From the NCBI GenBank assembly GCA_050998755.1, contig JBPCPW010000001.1, forward strand, positions 5,343-69,342: 64,000 nucleotides of DNA, written 5' to 3'. The DNA is from Candidatus Dormibacteria bacterium. GTDB lineage: Bacteria; Chloroflexota; Dormibacteria; DASZGP01. The notes under the pieces were generated by a model. It searched no databases, was not told the DNA's origin, and saw only the letters and a program-made list of their open reading frames with translations. A program made the position numbers and the translations under genes. This document shows, one piece after another, positions 53,332 through 62,729 of the stretch (positions are counted from its first letter, which is position 1; each line of letters begins with the position of its first letter).

Positions 53332-54873
53332 ATGGCGACAAACGCGCCCACGGAGATGAAAAAAACGCTCAGCCTCACCGGGCTGACGATCAACGCCATG
53401 GCCCTCATCGCACCCGGGGCATTCCTCTGGACCACATTCCAGTCGCAGGCGGGCCAGAACAACAGCGGAACGGCGTCGGACATGCTGACCGGGCTCCTCT
53501 TTGTGCTCATCCTGGCTTTCCTCACCGCTTACTCGTACTCCGAGCTCGCCAACCTCTACCCCGATGCCGGGGCGGGGTCCTCGTATTACTTCGCTGAGGC
53601 CGCATTCCTGGACAAGGAGGAAAAGCGCCACTATCAGTTCGCCCGGCTCAGCAAGTTCGTGGTGGGATGGGTCTCGCACCTCTACTACTGGATCTACCCC
53701 GGGATCATGGTCGCCTTCACCGGCACCCTCCTGGTCTACATCCTGAGTCTCTTCAACATCACGGTATCCACCCCCCTGCAGATCGGCTCCGTGGTGCTGT
53801 TCGCCGCGCTCACCGGGTACATCGCGTTTCGCGGCATCAGTGGCTCCACGATGGCGGCTATCGTCATCAACGTCATCCAGCTCACAGCCCTGGTCGGCTT
53901 CTCGATCCTGGCGATCATCTTCCGGATCACCCACCCGGACCTGCACTACACGCACAGCGGGCCGTTGTCGGTGGTGCTTCCCCACAACCTGACCAATGTC
54001 CTTTTCCAGGGCACGATCGCCATCCTGCTATTGGTCGGGTTCGAGTCCGTCACCGCGCTTGGCGCCGAGGCCAAGAATCCCAAGAAGGACGTTCGCCGGG
54101 CGATCCTGCTGTCTCTGGCGATCCAGGGCGCCGTCGCCTACGTCATCGAGTACTTCGCGGCCAACTTCTTCATGAACGACGCGCTCAAGACCACGGTGGG
54201 CAAGACGGTCAACACCGGCTACGCTGCCGCCGCCGCGTCAGGCGCGCCGATTGGGGACATGATCCGTTTCATCGGCGACACCATGCTCGGTGGCACCGGG
54301 TTCGCCCTGACCCTGATCCTGGCCGCCACGGTCCTGGTTGCGCTGATAGGTACGACCCTGGCGTGCCTCAACACCGGCGTCCGCATCACCTACGTCATGG
54401 GACGCGACAAGGAGATGCCCAGCATCCTCGGGCTGCTGCACGGGAAATATGCGACGCCGCACTACGGGGTCCTCATCCTGGCGATCGTTTCTGCCGCGCT
54501 CGGGGCGTACGGCGTGCTCAGCGCCGACAACCTGCTCCAGATCCTGCTGGCGTCCAACACCGGCACCTTTTTGGTCTATGGGATGACCAACCTGATCGTG
54601 GTCGTGGCCTTCAGTCACCGGGCCGAGAAGAGCCTGGTCAAACACGTGCTCATCCCGGTGATCGGGGCCCTGGCCAACCTGGCGATGCTGGCCGCGGTGA
54701 TCTACGAGGCCATCGTCGCCGGCAACACGTCCTCTCTGGCTTCGCAGACGGACACCATCATCGCGCTGGCGATCGTGGCGGTCTGGATCGTCGCGGGGGC
54801 GATCTGGTTGCTGGCCAACTCGGCAGCCACCAAGAACCCGGTGCTGACGCAGTCCAAGCCCGCGGCGGGCTGA
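53332..54873 (+). CDS. APC-family amino acid permease
   Basis: 12 TM; ATG 8 nt after GGAGG; follows kynU. Confidence 0.8.
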   Translation: MATNAPTEMKKTLSLTGLTINAMALIAPGAFLWTTFQSQAGQNNSGTASDMLTGLLFVLILAFLTAYSYSELANLYPDAGAGSSYYFAEAAFLDKEEKRHYQFARLSKFVVGWVSHLYYWIYPGIMVAFTGTLLVYILSLFNITVSTPLQIGSVVLFAALTGYIAFRGISGSTMAAIVINVIQLTALVGFSILAIIFRITHPDLHYTHSGPLSVVLPHNLTNVLFQGTIAILLLVGFESVTALGAEAKNPKKDVRRAILLSLAIQGAVAYVIEYFAANFFMNDALKTTVGKTVNTGYAAAAASGAPIGDMIRFIGDTMLGGTGFALTLILAATVLVALIGTTLACLNTGVRITYVMGRDKEMPSILGLLHGKYATPHYGVLILAIVSAALGAYGVLSADNLLQILLASNTGTFLVYGMTNLIVVVAFSHRAEKSLVKHVLIPVIGALANLAMLAAVIYEAIVAGNTSSLASQTDTIIALAIVAVWIVAGAIWLLANSAATKNPVLTQSKPAAG

Positions 54874-54954
54874 GGCTGATAAGCGACTTCGCGGCGACCG
54901 GACATCACTCGGGGTAACCTGCAGGCCATCAGAACCGCGCAATCTGCAGGGCTG

Positions 54955-55758
54955 GTGGTAGAGCACGCCAGCCGGAGTGAGACCGGGCCAGTGCGCCCCC
55001 ACAACGAGGACCACCTCGGGTGGGGGCGCATCGCCGTGCCAGCCGGTTCGCCGGCCGGTGACGGCGAAGGCCTGGTCTTCGCGGTGGCCGACGGCCTCGG
55101 AGCGTATGGCGGTGGCGACGTGGCCAGCGAGCTGGCGGTGAAGACCCTGCTGGAGCACGCGGAGTCCGGCGCCGGCGCCAGCCCGCGGCCCAGCCAGCTG
55201 CTCAGGTCCGGGTTCGAGAAGGCAAATATGACGGTGTTCGACGCCGCGCTCGAGGGCCATGGCACCCGGCGCATGCAGACAACCATGCTGGCCCTGGTGT
55301 TCAGCCCGGGTGAGCTCCACCTGGGCCATGTCGGCGATTGCCGCGCCTATCGCCGGCGGGGTGACGGTATCGAGGTCCTTTCGACCGACCACACCCAGGT
55401 GATGGAGATGTTGCGCATGCGGCTGATCACCCCGGAGCAGGCCGCGGAGCACCCCGCGAGGCACGCCCTGACGCGCTCTTTGGGCGCGGAGCTCATCGCC
55501 CGCGTGGACCTGCGCAAGGAGGACCTGCAGGCCTCCGACAGCTTCCTGCTGTGTTCGGACGGGCTGTGGGGGAAGCTATCGTTGGCCGAGATCCGCGACG
55601 CGTTGGCAGCCCCAGACCTCGACGCATCGCTCGATGAACTGATCGACCTGGCCATTGCCCGCGGCGGCGAGGACAACGCGACGGGGGTCGCCCTGCGGGT
55701 GGTCGAGACTCCGGAGGCGCCGGCGCGCCCGCAGGGCTGGCGGAGGTTCTTCATATGA
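54955..55758 (+). CDS. PP2C-family Ser/Thr protein phosphatase
   Basis: …RPHNEDH…FAVADGLGAYGGGDVAS…LCSDGLWG…GGEDNATGV metal-binding Asp motifs. Confidence 0.85.
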   Translation: MVEHASRSETGPVRPHNEDHLGWGRIAVPAGSPAGDGEGLVFAVADGLGAYGGGDVASELAVKTLLEHAESGAGASPRPSQLLRSGFEKANMTVFDAALEGHGTRRMQTTMLALVFSPGELHLGHVGDCRAYRRRGDGIEVLSTDHTQVMEMLRMRLITPEQAAEHPARHALTRSLGAELIARVDLRKEDLQASDSFLLCSDGLWGKLSLAEIRDALAAPDLDASLDELIDLAIARGGEDNATGVALRVVETPEAPARPQGWRRFFI

Positions 55759-56750
55759 TGACTGCGATGTCGATCCAGGCGGGAACGAAGCTGGACGATT
55801 TCACGATCCTCGACCGCATCGGCCAGGGCGCCTTCAGCGAGGTCTACCTGGCGGATGACCCGTCCGGCAGGAAGGTCGTGCTGAAGATGCCCCACGACGC
55901 CATCCTCGGCGACACCGCATCCTTCGACCGCTTCCGCCGCGAGATGGAGATCGCGCGCAAGCTGGACCACCCCGGCATCCAGCGGTCCTATGACCTCCAG
56001 CACCACCGTAGCCGCCCCTACCTGGTGATGGAGTACGTCGAGGGTGAAACCCTGCGAGAACTGCTCCACCGGGAGAAGAAGCTGCCGACGGCGCGGGCCA
56101 TCGACGTCGAGGAGAAGCTGGCGGACGCCATGGCCTACGCCCATTCCCAGGGCGTCTACCACCGCGACCTCAAGCCCGAGAACATCCTCGTCACCCCCGA
56201 CCAGCGGGTGGTGGTGACAGACTTCGGCATTGCCCTGCTCTCGGGCGCGCGCCGCCTCACCTGGCGCTGGCTGACGAGTGCCGTCGGGACCCCCGATTAC
56301 ATGGCGCCAGAACAGATCCAGGGGAAGCGCGGGGACGCGCGAACCGACGTGTACGCGATGGGCATCATCCTCTTCGAGATGGTCGCCGGACATGTGCCCT
56401 GGGAGGGTGACAACCCACTCGCCGTGATGAGCCAGCACATGACTGCCGCCGTCCCCGAACTGCACAAGATCAACCGCGATGTGCTGCCTCCACTCGAAGC
56501 CGTCGTGCGCAAGTGCCTCCGCAAGGAACCCGACGAGCGATACCAGGACGCCGGCGCGCTGCTCCACGACCTCAAGCACTGGCAGGACCTGGACCTCGGC
56601 GAGTTCGTCTTCGGCCAGGAGACGCCGATGCGCCAGGAGTCGGAGAAAGGCCTCTGGATCCTGATCGCGGCGCTGAGCATCGGCTTCCTTGTGGCCGCGA
56701 CCGCGGCCACCTACCTCTACTATCTGCTGAGCCATGCCGGACATCACTGA
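55755..56750 (+). CDS. Ser/Thr protein kinase, tail-anchored (C-terminal TM, no extracellular domain)
   Basis: HRDLKPENIL, DFGIA, GTPDYMAPE; C-terminal TM GLWILIAALSIGFLVAATAATYLYYLL; ATGA overlap with phosphatase. Confidence 0.85.
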   Translation: MMTAMSIQAGTKLDDFTILDRIGQGAFSEVYLADDPSGRKVVLKMPHDAILGDTASFDRFRREMEIARKLDHPGIQRSYDLQHHRSRPYLVMEYVEGETLRELLHREKKLPTARAIDVEEKLADAMAYAHSQGVYHRDLKPENILVTPDQRVVVTDFGIALLSGARRLTWRWLTSAVGTPDYMAPEQIQGKRGDARTDVYAMGIILFEMVAGHVPWEGDNPLAVMSQHMTAAVPELHKINRDVLPPLEAVVRKCLRKEPDERYQDAGALLHDLKHWQDLDLGEFVFGQETPMRQESEKGLWILIAALSIGFLVAATAATYLYYLLSHAGHH

Positions 56751-58083
56751 GGAGGCCGTGGCACGGGTACTGACCCGCGTCCAGGAGGCGGGCGTCGTGC
56801 AGGTCGAGTTGCAGTTCGCCGATATCACGGGCGCGGTGAAGAGCGTCTCGGTGCCCGCGCGCCGGCTGGCCCAGGTGCTGGATCATGGCGAGTGGTTTGA
56901 CGGCTCGGCCATCGAGGGGGTCGCCCGCGAGGTGGAGTCCGACATGTACCTCCGCCCCGATCCCGACACCTTCGCGCTGATCGATCCCAGTGCCCGCGTG
57001 CTCTGTGCCCGGCTGATCTGCCGCATCGTCACCCCTGACGGCCAGCGCTATCGCGGCGACAGCCGTGCGGCACTGGAGGCCGTCGTCGGGGCGGCCGGGG
57101 ACGCCGGGCTCGGGTACCTGCTGGCGCCAGAGGTGGAGTTCTTCCTCTTCCCGGCAGGCGACGGCGGCCTGCAGGCGCTGCAGGACGACCCCAGTTCCTA
57201 CTTCGAACGCAGCCGTGGCCAGTCCCGCCAGCTGGAGCTGGAGATAGTTGATGCGCTCGAGGCCATGGGCGTGGAGGTGGCGTCGAGCCACCACGAGGTG
57301 GCGACTGGCCAGTACGAGCTGGACCTGCCGCTGCAGCCGGCGCTGGCCACCGCGGACGCCCTCACGGCGCTGAAGCCGGCCGTCAAGGAGCTTGCCCGCC
57401 AGCGCGGCCTGGTCGCCAGCTTCATGCCCAAGCCGCTCTATGACGCGGCCGGCTCGGGAATGCACACCCACCAGGTCCTGCGCCGGCAGCCCAACACCAA
57501 CGCCTTCGATGACGCGGCTGACAGCTACGGGCTCTCCCCCCTGGGGCGGGCATTCATTGCGGGGCAGCTCGAGCACGCTCCCGGTATGTGCGCCCTGGTC
57601 GCGCCGCTGGTCAATTCATACAAGCGGCTGGTGCCGGGCTATGAAGCGCCGGTCGCCGGCAGCTGGGGCCGCCACAACCGGTCGGCCCTGATCCGTGTCC
57701 CCGCCCGCCCCAGCGACGCAACCCCCGGGCAGGCGGTCGGAAGCCGCCTTGAGCTGCGCCTGCCCGACCCCAGTTGCAACCCCTACCTGGCGTTCACTGT
57801 GATGCTGGCCGCCGGTATGGACGGCATTGAGCGACAGCTGGACCCGGGGCCGCCGATGGAGGAACTGGAGCACGGTTACCAGGACGGATCGCGGGTCAGC
57901 GCCCGACCGCTGCCCGGCTCGCTGCTGCAGGCCCTGGAGGCCCTGGAGGCCGACGATGTGCTCGTTGATGCCCTGGGCGGCGGTGTCCTGGAACTGTTCA
58001 TCGCGGCCAAACGCCTGGAGTGGGGCGAGTACTCCCGACAGGTGACCGACTGGGAGCTTGACCGATACCTGAAGTCATACTGA
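56734..58083 (+). CDS. glutamine synthetase-family protein (GlnA-like catalytic domain; gamma-glutamyl ligase of unknown substrate)
   Basis: …SFMPKPLYDAAGSGMHTHQ…, …[14 protein letters not shown]…, …RLELRLPDPSCNPYLAF…; 449 aa; 17-nt overlap with kinase gene. Confidence 0.8.
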   Translation: MPDITEEAVARVLTRVQEAGVVQVELQFADITGAVKSVSVPARRLAQVLDHGEWFDGSAIEGVAREVESDMYLRPDPDTFALIDPSARVLCARLICRIVTPDGQRYRGDSRAALEAVVGAAGDAGLGYLLAPEVEFFLFPAGDGGLQALQDDPSSYFERSRGQSRQLELEIVDALEAMGVEVASSHHEVATGQYELDLPLQPALATADALTALKPAVKELARQRGLVASFMPKPLYDAAGSGMHTHQVLRRQPNTNAFDDAADSYGLSPLGRAFIAGQLEHAPGMCALVAPLVNSYKRLVPGYEAPVAGSWGRHNRSALIRVPARPSDATPGQAVGSRLELRLPDPSCNPYLAFTVMLAAGMDGIERQLDPGPPMEELEHGYQDGSRVSARPLPGSLLQALEALEADDVLVDALGGGVLELFIAAKRLEWGEYSRQVTDWELDRYLKSY

Positions 58084-58152
58084 CACACGCGCTTTACCGA
58101 AACTGAACGCTTTCTTTACATCCCAGAGATTGAAGGCGCACAAAATCGTCAA

Positions 58153-59376
58153 ATGACCTTCCACATCCCCAGGCGAGATCGGCCCCGGTTTGCCGCCGCC
58201 GTCCTGGTCGCCGTGGGTGTGGCGGTCCGCCTGTACCTCGGCCGGCGCGACCTGGTGGGGACCGCCGCCTGGACCGGGCTCCTGCTGGCGGTCGCGGCCA
58301 TCGCGATGGTGGCCGTGAGGTCCACCGGCGATCGGCTCAAGCGCCAGTCTCGACGAACCACGGCGATTGCCATCGCGGCCCAGCGTGTTGGCCTGGCGAT
58401 CGATATCAACGAGGTCGCGGCTGCTGTGCTGGTGGCCTCCCGCGAGGTGTTCGCGGATGCCGACTTCGGTGGAGTCCTGGTGTTTGACCACGCCACCGAG
58501 AAGCTGATCCCGCTGCCGATGTCCATGCAGGCCGGGGTGGTCAGCGATGCGGGGAAGGGCAACTCATTCGATCTCACCCCGGGGGAGGGGGTTGCCGGCA
58601 AGGTCTTTCTCGCCGCGGAGGCCCGCTTCTGGGGCACCCCGGAAGAGGTTCTCGCGGAGCACGGCAGCCTGCGGGAAGTCACGCGCGAACAGATCCTGGC
58701 CCTCACCGGGGGGATGCGCTCGGTCGCCGCGGCTCCCCTCAAGCTTCCTGACCGCGGGGTCATCGGCGTGCTCACCCTGGGCTCGACCAGCCGCGAGAAC
58801 GTCTGGATGCAGGACGACATGGTGGTGTTACAGGGCCTCGCCGAGCAGGCGGCGCTGGGGGTCGAGCGGGCCCGGATGTACCAGGAGCAGCGATCCCAGG
58901 CGATGACCGACCCCCTGACCGGGCTGGCCAACTACCGTCAGCTGAAGAACGTGATCAACCAGGAGGTGGGGCGCGCCCGGCGGGGTGATGGCCGCCTGGC
59001 GCTGATCTTCACCGACCTCGACGGCTTCAAAGCGGTCAACGACCGTCACGGGCACCGCGCCGGCGACGGCGTGCTCAAGCTGCTGGCGAGGAGCATGGCC
59101 GAGGTCCTCCGCGCCGAGGACCTGGCCGCGCGTTACGGCGGGGACGAGTTCGTGTGTGTCCTGCCCGGGGTGGACCGGGAGCAGGCGGAGCAGGTCTGCT
59201 CGCGGATTGGCCGCCGGTTCACGGAGCTGCTCGACATGGATGACGAGCTCCGGCTCATCCGCACCTTCCCCTCGTGTGGCTGCGCGGTCTTCCCGGAGCA
59301 CGGTTCAAGCGCCGACGAGCTGCTGGTCGCAGCCGACGGAGACCTGATGCAGGCCAAGCGAGCCACCAGCGCCTAG
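58153..59376 (+). CDS. membrane GAF-GGDEF diguanylate cyclase
   Basis: 2 N-terminal TM, GAF-like region, GGDEF domain with intact RYGGDEF motif and …TDLDGFKAVNDRHGH…. Confidence 0.85.
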   Translation: MTFHIPRRDRPRFAAAVLVAVGVAVRLYLGRRDLVGTAAWTGLLLAVAAIAMVAVRSTGDRLKRQSRRTTAIAIAAQRVGLAIDINEVAAAVLVASREVFADADFGGVLVFDHATEKLIPLPMSMQAGVVSDAGKGNSFDLTPGEGVAGKVFLAAEARFWGTPEEVLAEHGSLREVTREQILALTGGMRSVAAAPLKLPDRGVIGVLTLGSTSRENVWMQDDMVVLQGLAEQAALGVERARMYQEQRSQAMTDPLTGLANYRQLKNVINQEVGRARRGDGRLALIFTDLDGFKAVNDRHGHRAGDGVLKLLARSMAEVLRAEDLAARYGGDEFVCVLPGVDREQAEQVCSRIGRRFTELLDMDDELRLIRTFPSCGCAVFPEHGSSADELLVAADGDLMQAKRATSA

Positions 59377-59381
59377 GCGGG

Positions 59382-59425
59382 GATTCCGAGCCTGCATATC
59401 GGGCGCTGGACGCCCGATATGGCGC
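59382..59425 (+). repeat. 44-nt palindromic intergenic element, copy B
   Basis: GATTCCGAGCCTGCATATCGGGCGCTGGACGCCCGATATGGCGC; perfect 11-bp stem/5-nt loop (59395-59421); 5 nt after TAG stop of GGDEF gene and 32 nt before next start codon. Confidence 0.8.
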
Positions 59426-59456
59426 CCTGCGAGGCTGATGCAGAATTGGCCTCGCT

Positions 59457-59972
59457 ATGAGAGAGACATCCAGCGACTTCACCGCCAACGACCTGCCCCG
59501 GTTCTTCGACGAGATCTTCGAGTGGGACGTGCGCCACACTCGAGAGCGCCTCCGCGTCGCGTCGGAAAAGATGAACCACCTGGCTGCGCGCATCGACGAG
59601 GCGCCCCGAGGTACCGGCGAGTGGAACGCCAAGGAGATCCTGGCCCACATCGCCGTGCTTTCCAAGGCCTACGGGGTCTTCAGCTACTTCATTGCCAATG
59701 GGCGCCTCACGGACCTTGAGTTGGGTGACGTGATCAACCAGCGCGACGCCGAGGGCGACAAATACATGGCCATGTCCTGTGCCGAGATCGCCGCCGAGGC
59801 GACCAAGCAGCACCAGAGGACGTTGAAATTCCTCGACAGCGCCAGTACCGAGGACCTGCGGCGCGAATGCCGCGTCGAGCGCGGCACGATCACCGCGGAG
59901 TACGTGGTGCGGTTGCCGCTGGTTGCCCACCTCGAGCAACACGTGGTGCAGCTGGAAGAGACCCTGGCTTGA
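59457..59972 (+). CDS. DinB/YfiT-like (DinB_2) four-helix-bundle protein (low-confidence family call)
   Basis: 171 aa, helical, His-containing segments (…EILAHIAVLSKAYG…, …LPLVAHLEQHVVQLEE…) reminiscent of DinB_2/MDMPI N-terminal domain. Confidence 0.45.
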   Translation: MRETSSDFTANDLPRFFDEIFEWDVRHTRERLRVASEKMNHLAARIDEAPRGTGEWNAKEILAHIAVLSKAYGVFSYFIANGRLTDLELGDVINQRDAEGDKYMAMSCAEIAAEATKQHQRTLKFLDSASTEDLRRECRVERGTITAEYVVRLPLVAHLEQHVVQLEETLA

Positions 59973-60382
59973 GATACCAGCAGATCGACCACGTGGGCAT
60001 CGCGGTGGCCGACATGGACAGCGCGATCGCCCGTTACCAACAACTGTTGGGAGTAAGCCCATCGGTGCGCAAGGTGATGGAGAACGACGGCATCGAGGCC
60101 GCGATGCTGGACCTCGGCAGCACCCATGTCGAGCTGGTGGCCCCAACCCGCGAGGACTCGGCGATCAGCAAGTTCCTGCAGCGCCGGGGGGAGGGGATGC
60201 ACCACGTCGCGTATCGCGTCGACGACATCCGCGCGGCCCTCGCCGAGGCCAGCGCACAGGGTGCGCAACTCCTCGACCAGGAGCCACGCGTCGGCGTGAT
60301 GGGCCACCTGGTCGCGTTCATCCACCCCCGGGCGGCGCTCGGCGTGCTCACCGAGCTGGTGGAGGCGGGCGCCCCGCACTGA
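59969..60382 (+). CDS. methylmalonyl-CoA epimerase (VOC/glyoxalase fold)
   Basis: …IDHVGIAVADMD…, …GEGMHHVAYRVDDI…, 137 aa; TTG start overlaps upstream stop (TTGA). Confidence 0.8.
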   Translation: MRYQQIDHVGIAVADMDSAIARYQQLLGVSPSVRKVMENDGIEAAMLDLGSTHVELVAPTREDSAISKFLQRRGEGMHHVAYRVDDIRAALAEASAQGAQLLDQEPRVGVMGHLVAFIHPRAALGVLTELVEAGAPH

Positions 60383-61152
60383 TGCCAGAGCAGTCCGTCG
60401 AAGACTCGGCGCGGGCCAGTTTCACGGCGCGTGCCGATCACTACGTGACCAGCGACACCCACGCCGACCCTTCCCGGCTGGCGCGAATTGTCGAGATGGC
60501 CGAGCCGAAACCGTCGTGGCGGGCGCTCGACATCGGCACGGGTACCGGCCACACGGCGTTTGCCTTCGCCCCGGCGGTGGCCTGGGTCACCGGGGTCGAC
60601 ATAACGGACGCGATGCTCAAACAGGCCGAGAGGGTGCGCAAGGACCAGGGCTACGGGAATGTCGAGCTCCGCCTTGGCGATGCGCACCAACTGCCGTTTG
60701 CCGACGGATCTTTCGACCTCGTCACCTGCCGCCGTACCGCTCATCATTTCCGTGACATTGCCGTCGCCCTAAGGGAGATGCGACGGGTGCTCAAGACTGG
60801 GGGAAGGCTGGTCATCGATGACCGTTCCAGCCCCGAGGACGATGAGGTTGATGACATTCTCCACCGCCTCGACTCCCTCCACGATCACTCGCACGTGCGC
60901 CAGTACCGGGTTTCGGAATGGACCCGGATGCTCAGTGGGACGGGATTCGCGGTGGTGGCCGTCGAGACCTATGAGCAGGACCGCCCGCTCAGCGCCTTCA
61001 CCAAAGATGTCGCGGAGCCGGACATCGCCGAAATCAGGAAGATCGTCTCCGGGTTGACCGATCACCAGTCCGCGGTCCTGAATGCCCACGACATGGACGG
61101 GGAACTCCACACCCGGCACTTCTACCTGACCGTGGTGGCGGATCGAGCTTGA
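60382..61152 (+). CDS. class I SAM-dependent methyltransferase (Methyltransf_11-like)
   Basis: Motif [12 protein letters not shown], …[11 protein letters not shown]…; TGATG overlap with epimerase gene. Confidence 0.75.
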   Translation: MPEQSVEDSARASFTARADHYVTSDTHADPSRLARIVEMAEPKPSWRALDIGTGTGHTAFAFAPAVAWVTGVDITDAMLKQAERVRKDQGYGNVELRLGDAHQLPFADGSFDLVTCRRTAHHFRDIAVALREMRRVLKTGGRLVIDDRSSPEDDEVDDILHRLDSLHDHSHVRQYRVSEWTRMLSGTGFAVVAVETYEQDRPLSAFTKDVAEPDIAEIRKIVSGLTDHQSAVLNAHDMDGELHTRHFYLTVVADRA

Positions 61153-62729
61153 CCGACGACCACAAGGCGCGCGTCAGTGAGTCCGGCCTGGAGCTGAAAC
61201 CGTATTACTCCGCCGCCGACCTGCCGTCCGCGCCGCCGGCCCCGGGGGAGTACCCGTACACCCGGGGGGTCTACGCGGACATGTACCGTGGGCGCCCCTG
61301 GACCATGCGCCAGTACGCCGGGTTCGCGACGGCCGCCGAATCCAACCAGCGCTACCGCAAGCTGCTGGAGGCCGGGCAGACCGGCCTGTCAGTGGCGTTC
61401 GATCTCCCCACCCAGATGGGTTACGACTCGGACGATGCGGTTGCCGAGGGCGAGGTGGGCAAGGTGGGGGTGGCCATCGACTCCCTCGCCGACATGGAGA
61501 TCCTGATGCGGGAGATACCCATGGACCGCGTCACGACATCAATGACCATCAACGCCCCGGCCTCGGGCCTGATGTTGCTCTACCAGCTCGCGGCGGAGAG
61601 GCAGGGAATCGCCGCCACCGGGCTCGGGGGAACGATCCAGAACGACATCCTCAAGGAGTACGCCGCGCGCGGGACCTACATCTTCCCGCCCGAGCCCTCG
61701 ATGCGGCTGGTGACCGACACCTTCGGCTACTGTGCCCGTGAGATGCCGCGCTGGAACACCATCAGCATCAGCGGCTGCCACATCAGCGAGGCCGGCGCCA
61801 CGCCCATGCAGGAGCTGGCCTTCACCCTGGCGAACGGCTGCGCCTATGTCGAGGCGGCGCTTGCCGCGGGACTTCAGATCGACGACTTCGCGCCCCGTCT
61901 GAGCTTCTTCTTCAACTGCAAGATGGAGTTCCTGGAGGAGATTGCCAAGTTCCGCGCGGCGCGCAAGATGTGGGCCCAGTTGATGAAGACCCGGTTCGGC
62001 GCCAAGGACCCCAGGTCGATGACGCTGCGCTTCCACACCCAGACCGCGGGTTCGTCGCTGACGTCGCTTCAGCCCTACAACAACGTTGTACGCACCACCG
62101 TTGAGGCCCTCGCAGCTGTCCTTGGCGGCACCCAGTCGCTGCACACCAACGGTTTCGACGAGGCCCTGGCATTGCCCACCGAGTTCGCCGCCACCCTGGC
62201 CCTGCGCACCCAACAGGTGATCGGCTTCGAAACCAACATCCCAGCCGTGGCCGACCCCCTGGCGGGCAGCTACCTGGTGGAGTCGCTCACCGAGCGTCTC
62301 GAGGGCGGTGCCTCAGCCCTGATGAAACAGATTGACGACATGGGCGGGTCGGTGAAGGCCATCGAGAACGGTTGGATGCAGCGCCAGATTGCCGATTCGG
62401 CCTTCGCCTTTCAACAGGCAATCGAAAAGGACCAGCGGGTGATCGTCGGGGTGAACCGATTCCAGGCCCAGACCGAGAGCGATGTCGAGATCCAGAGAGT
62501 TCTCCCGGTTCACGAGGGCTCACAGCGCGAGGCGGTCGCCAGGGTCAGGGCCGAGCGCGACAACGCAGCCGTTGAGCGTGACCTGCAGACCCTCGAGGTC
62601 GCGGCCCGCGGAACCGAGAACGTGCTCCCGCCGATGAAGCAGGCGCTGGCTGACTACGCGACCATCGGTGAGGTCTTCGGCAGGCTGAGGGCTGTATGGG
62701 GCCGCTATCAACCCCGCGCGGAGATCTGA
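61149..62729 (+). CDS. methylmalonyl-CoA mutase catalytic (TIM-barrel) subunit lacking the C-terminal B12-binding domain
   Basis: …[42 protein letters not shown]…, …[20 protein letters not shown]…; 526 aa ends before the DxHxxG cobalamin domain. Confidence 0.85.
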   Translation: MTDDHKARVSESGLELKPYYSAADLPSAPPAPGEYPYTRGVYADMYRGRPWTMRQYAGFATAAESNQRYRKLLEAGQTGLSVAFDLPTQMGYDSDDAVAEGEVGKVGVAIDSLADMEILMREIPMDRVTTSMTINAPASGLMLLYQLAAERQGIAATGLGGTIQNDILKEYAARGTYIFPPEPSMRLVTDTFGYCAREMPRWNTISISGCHISEAGATPMQELAFTLANGCAYVEAALAAGLQIDDFAPRLSFFFNCKMEFLEEIAKFRAARKMWAQLMKTRFGAKDPRSMTLRFHTQTAGSSLTSLQPYNNVVRTTVEALAAVLGGTQSLHTNGFDEALALPTEFAATLALRTQQVIGFETNIPAVADPLAGSYLVESLTERLEGGASALMKQIDDMGGSVKAIENGWMQRQIADSAFAFQQAIEKDQRVIVGVNRFQAQTESDVEIQRVLPVHEGSQREAVARVRAERDNAAVERDLQTLEVAARGTENVLPPMKQALADYATIGEVFGRLRAVWGRYQPRAEI

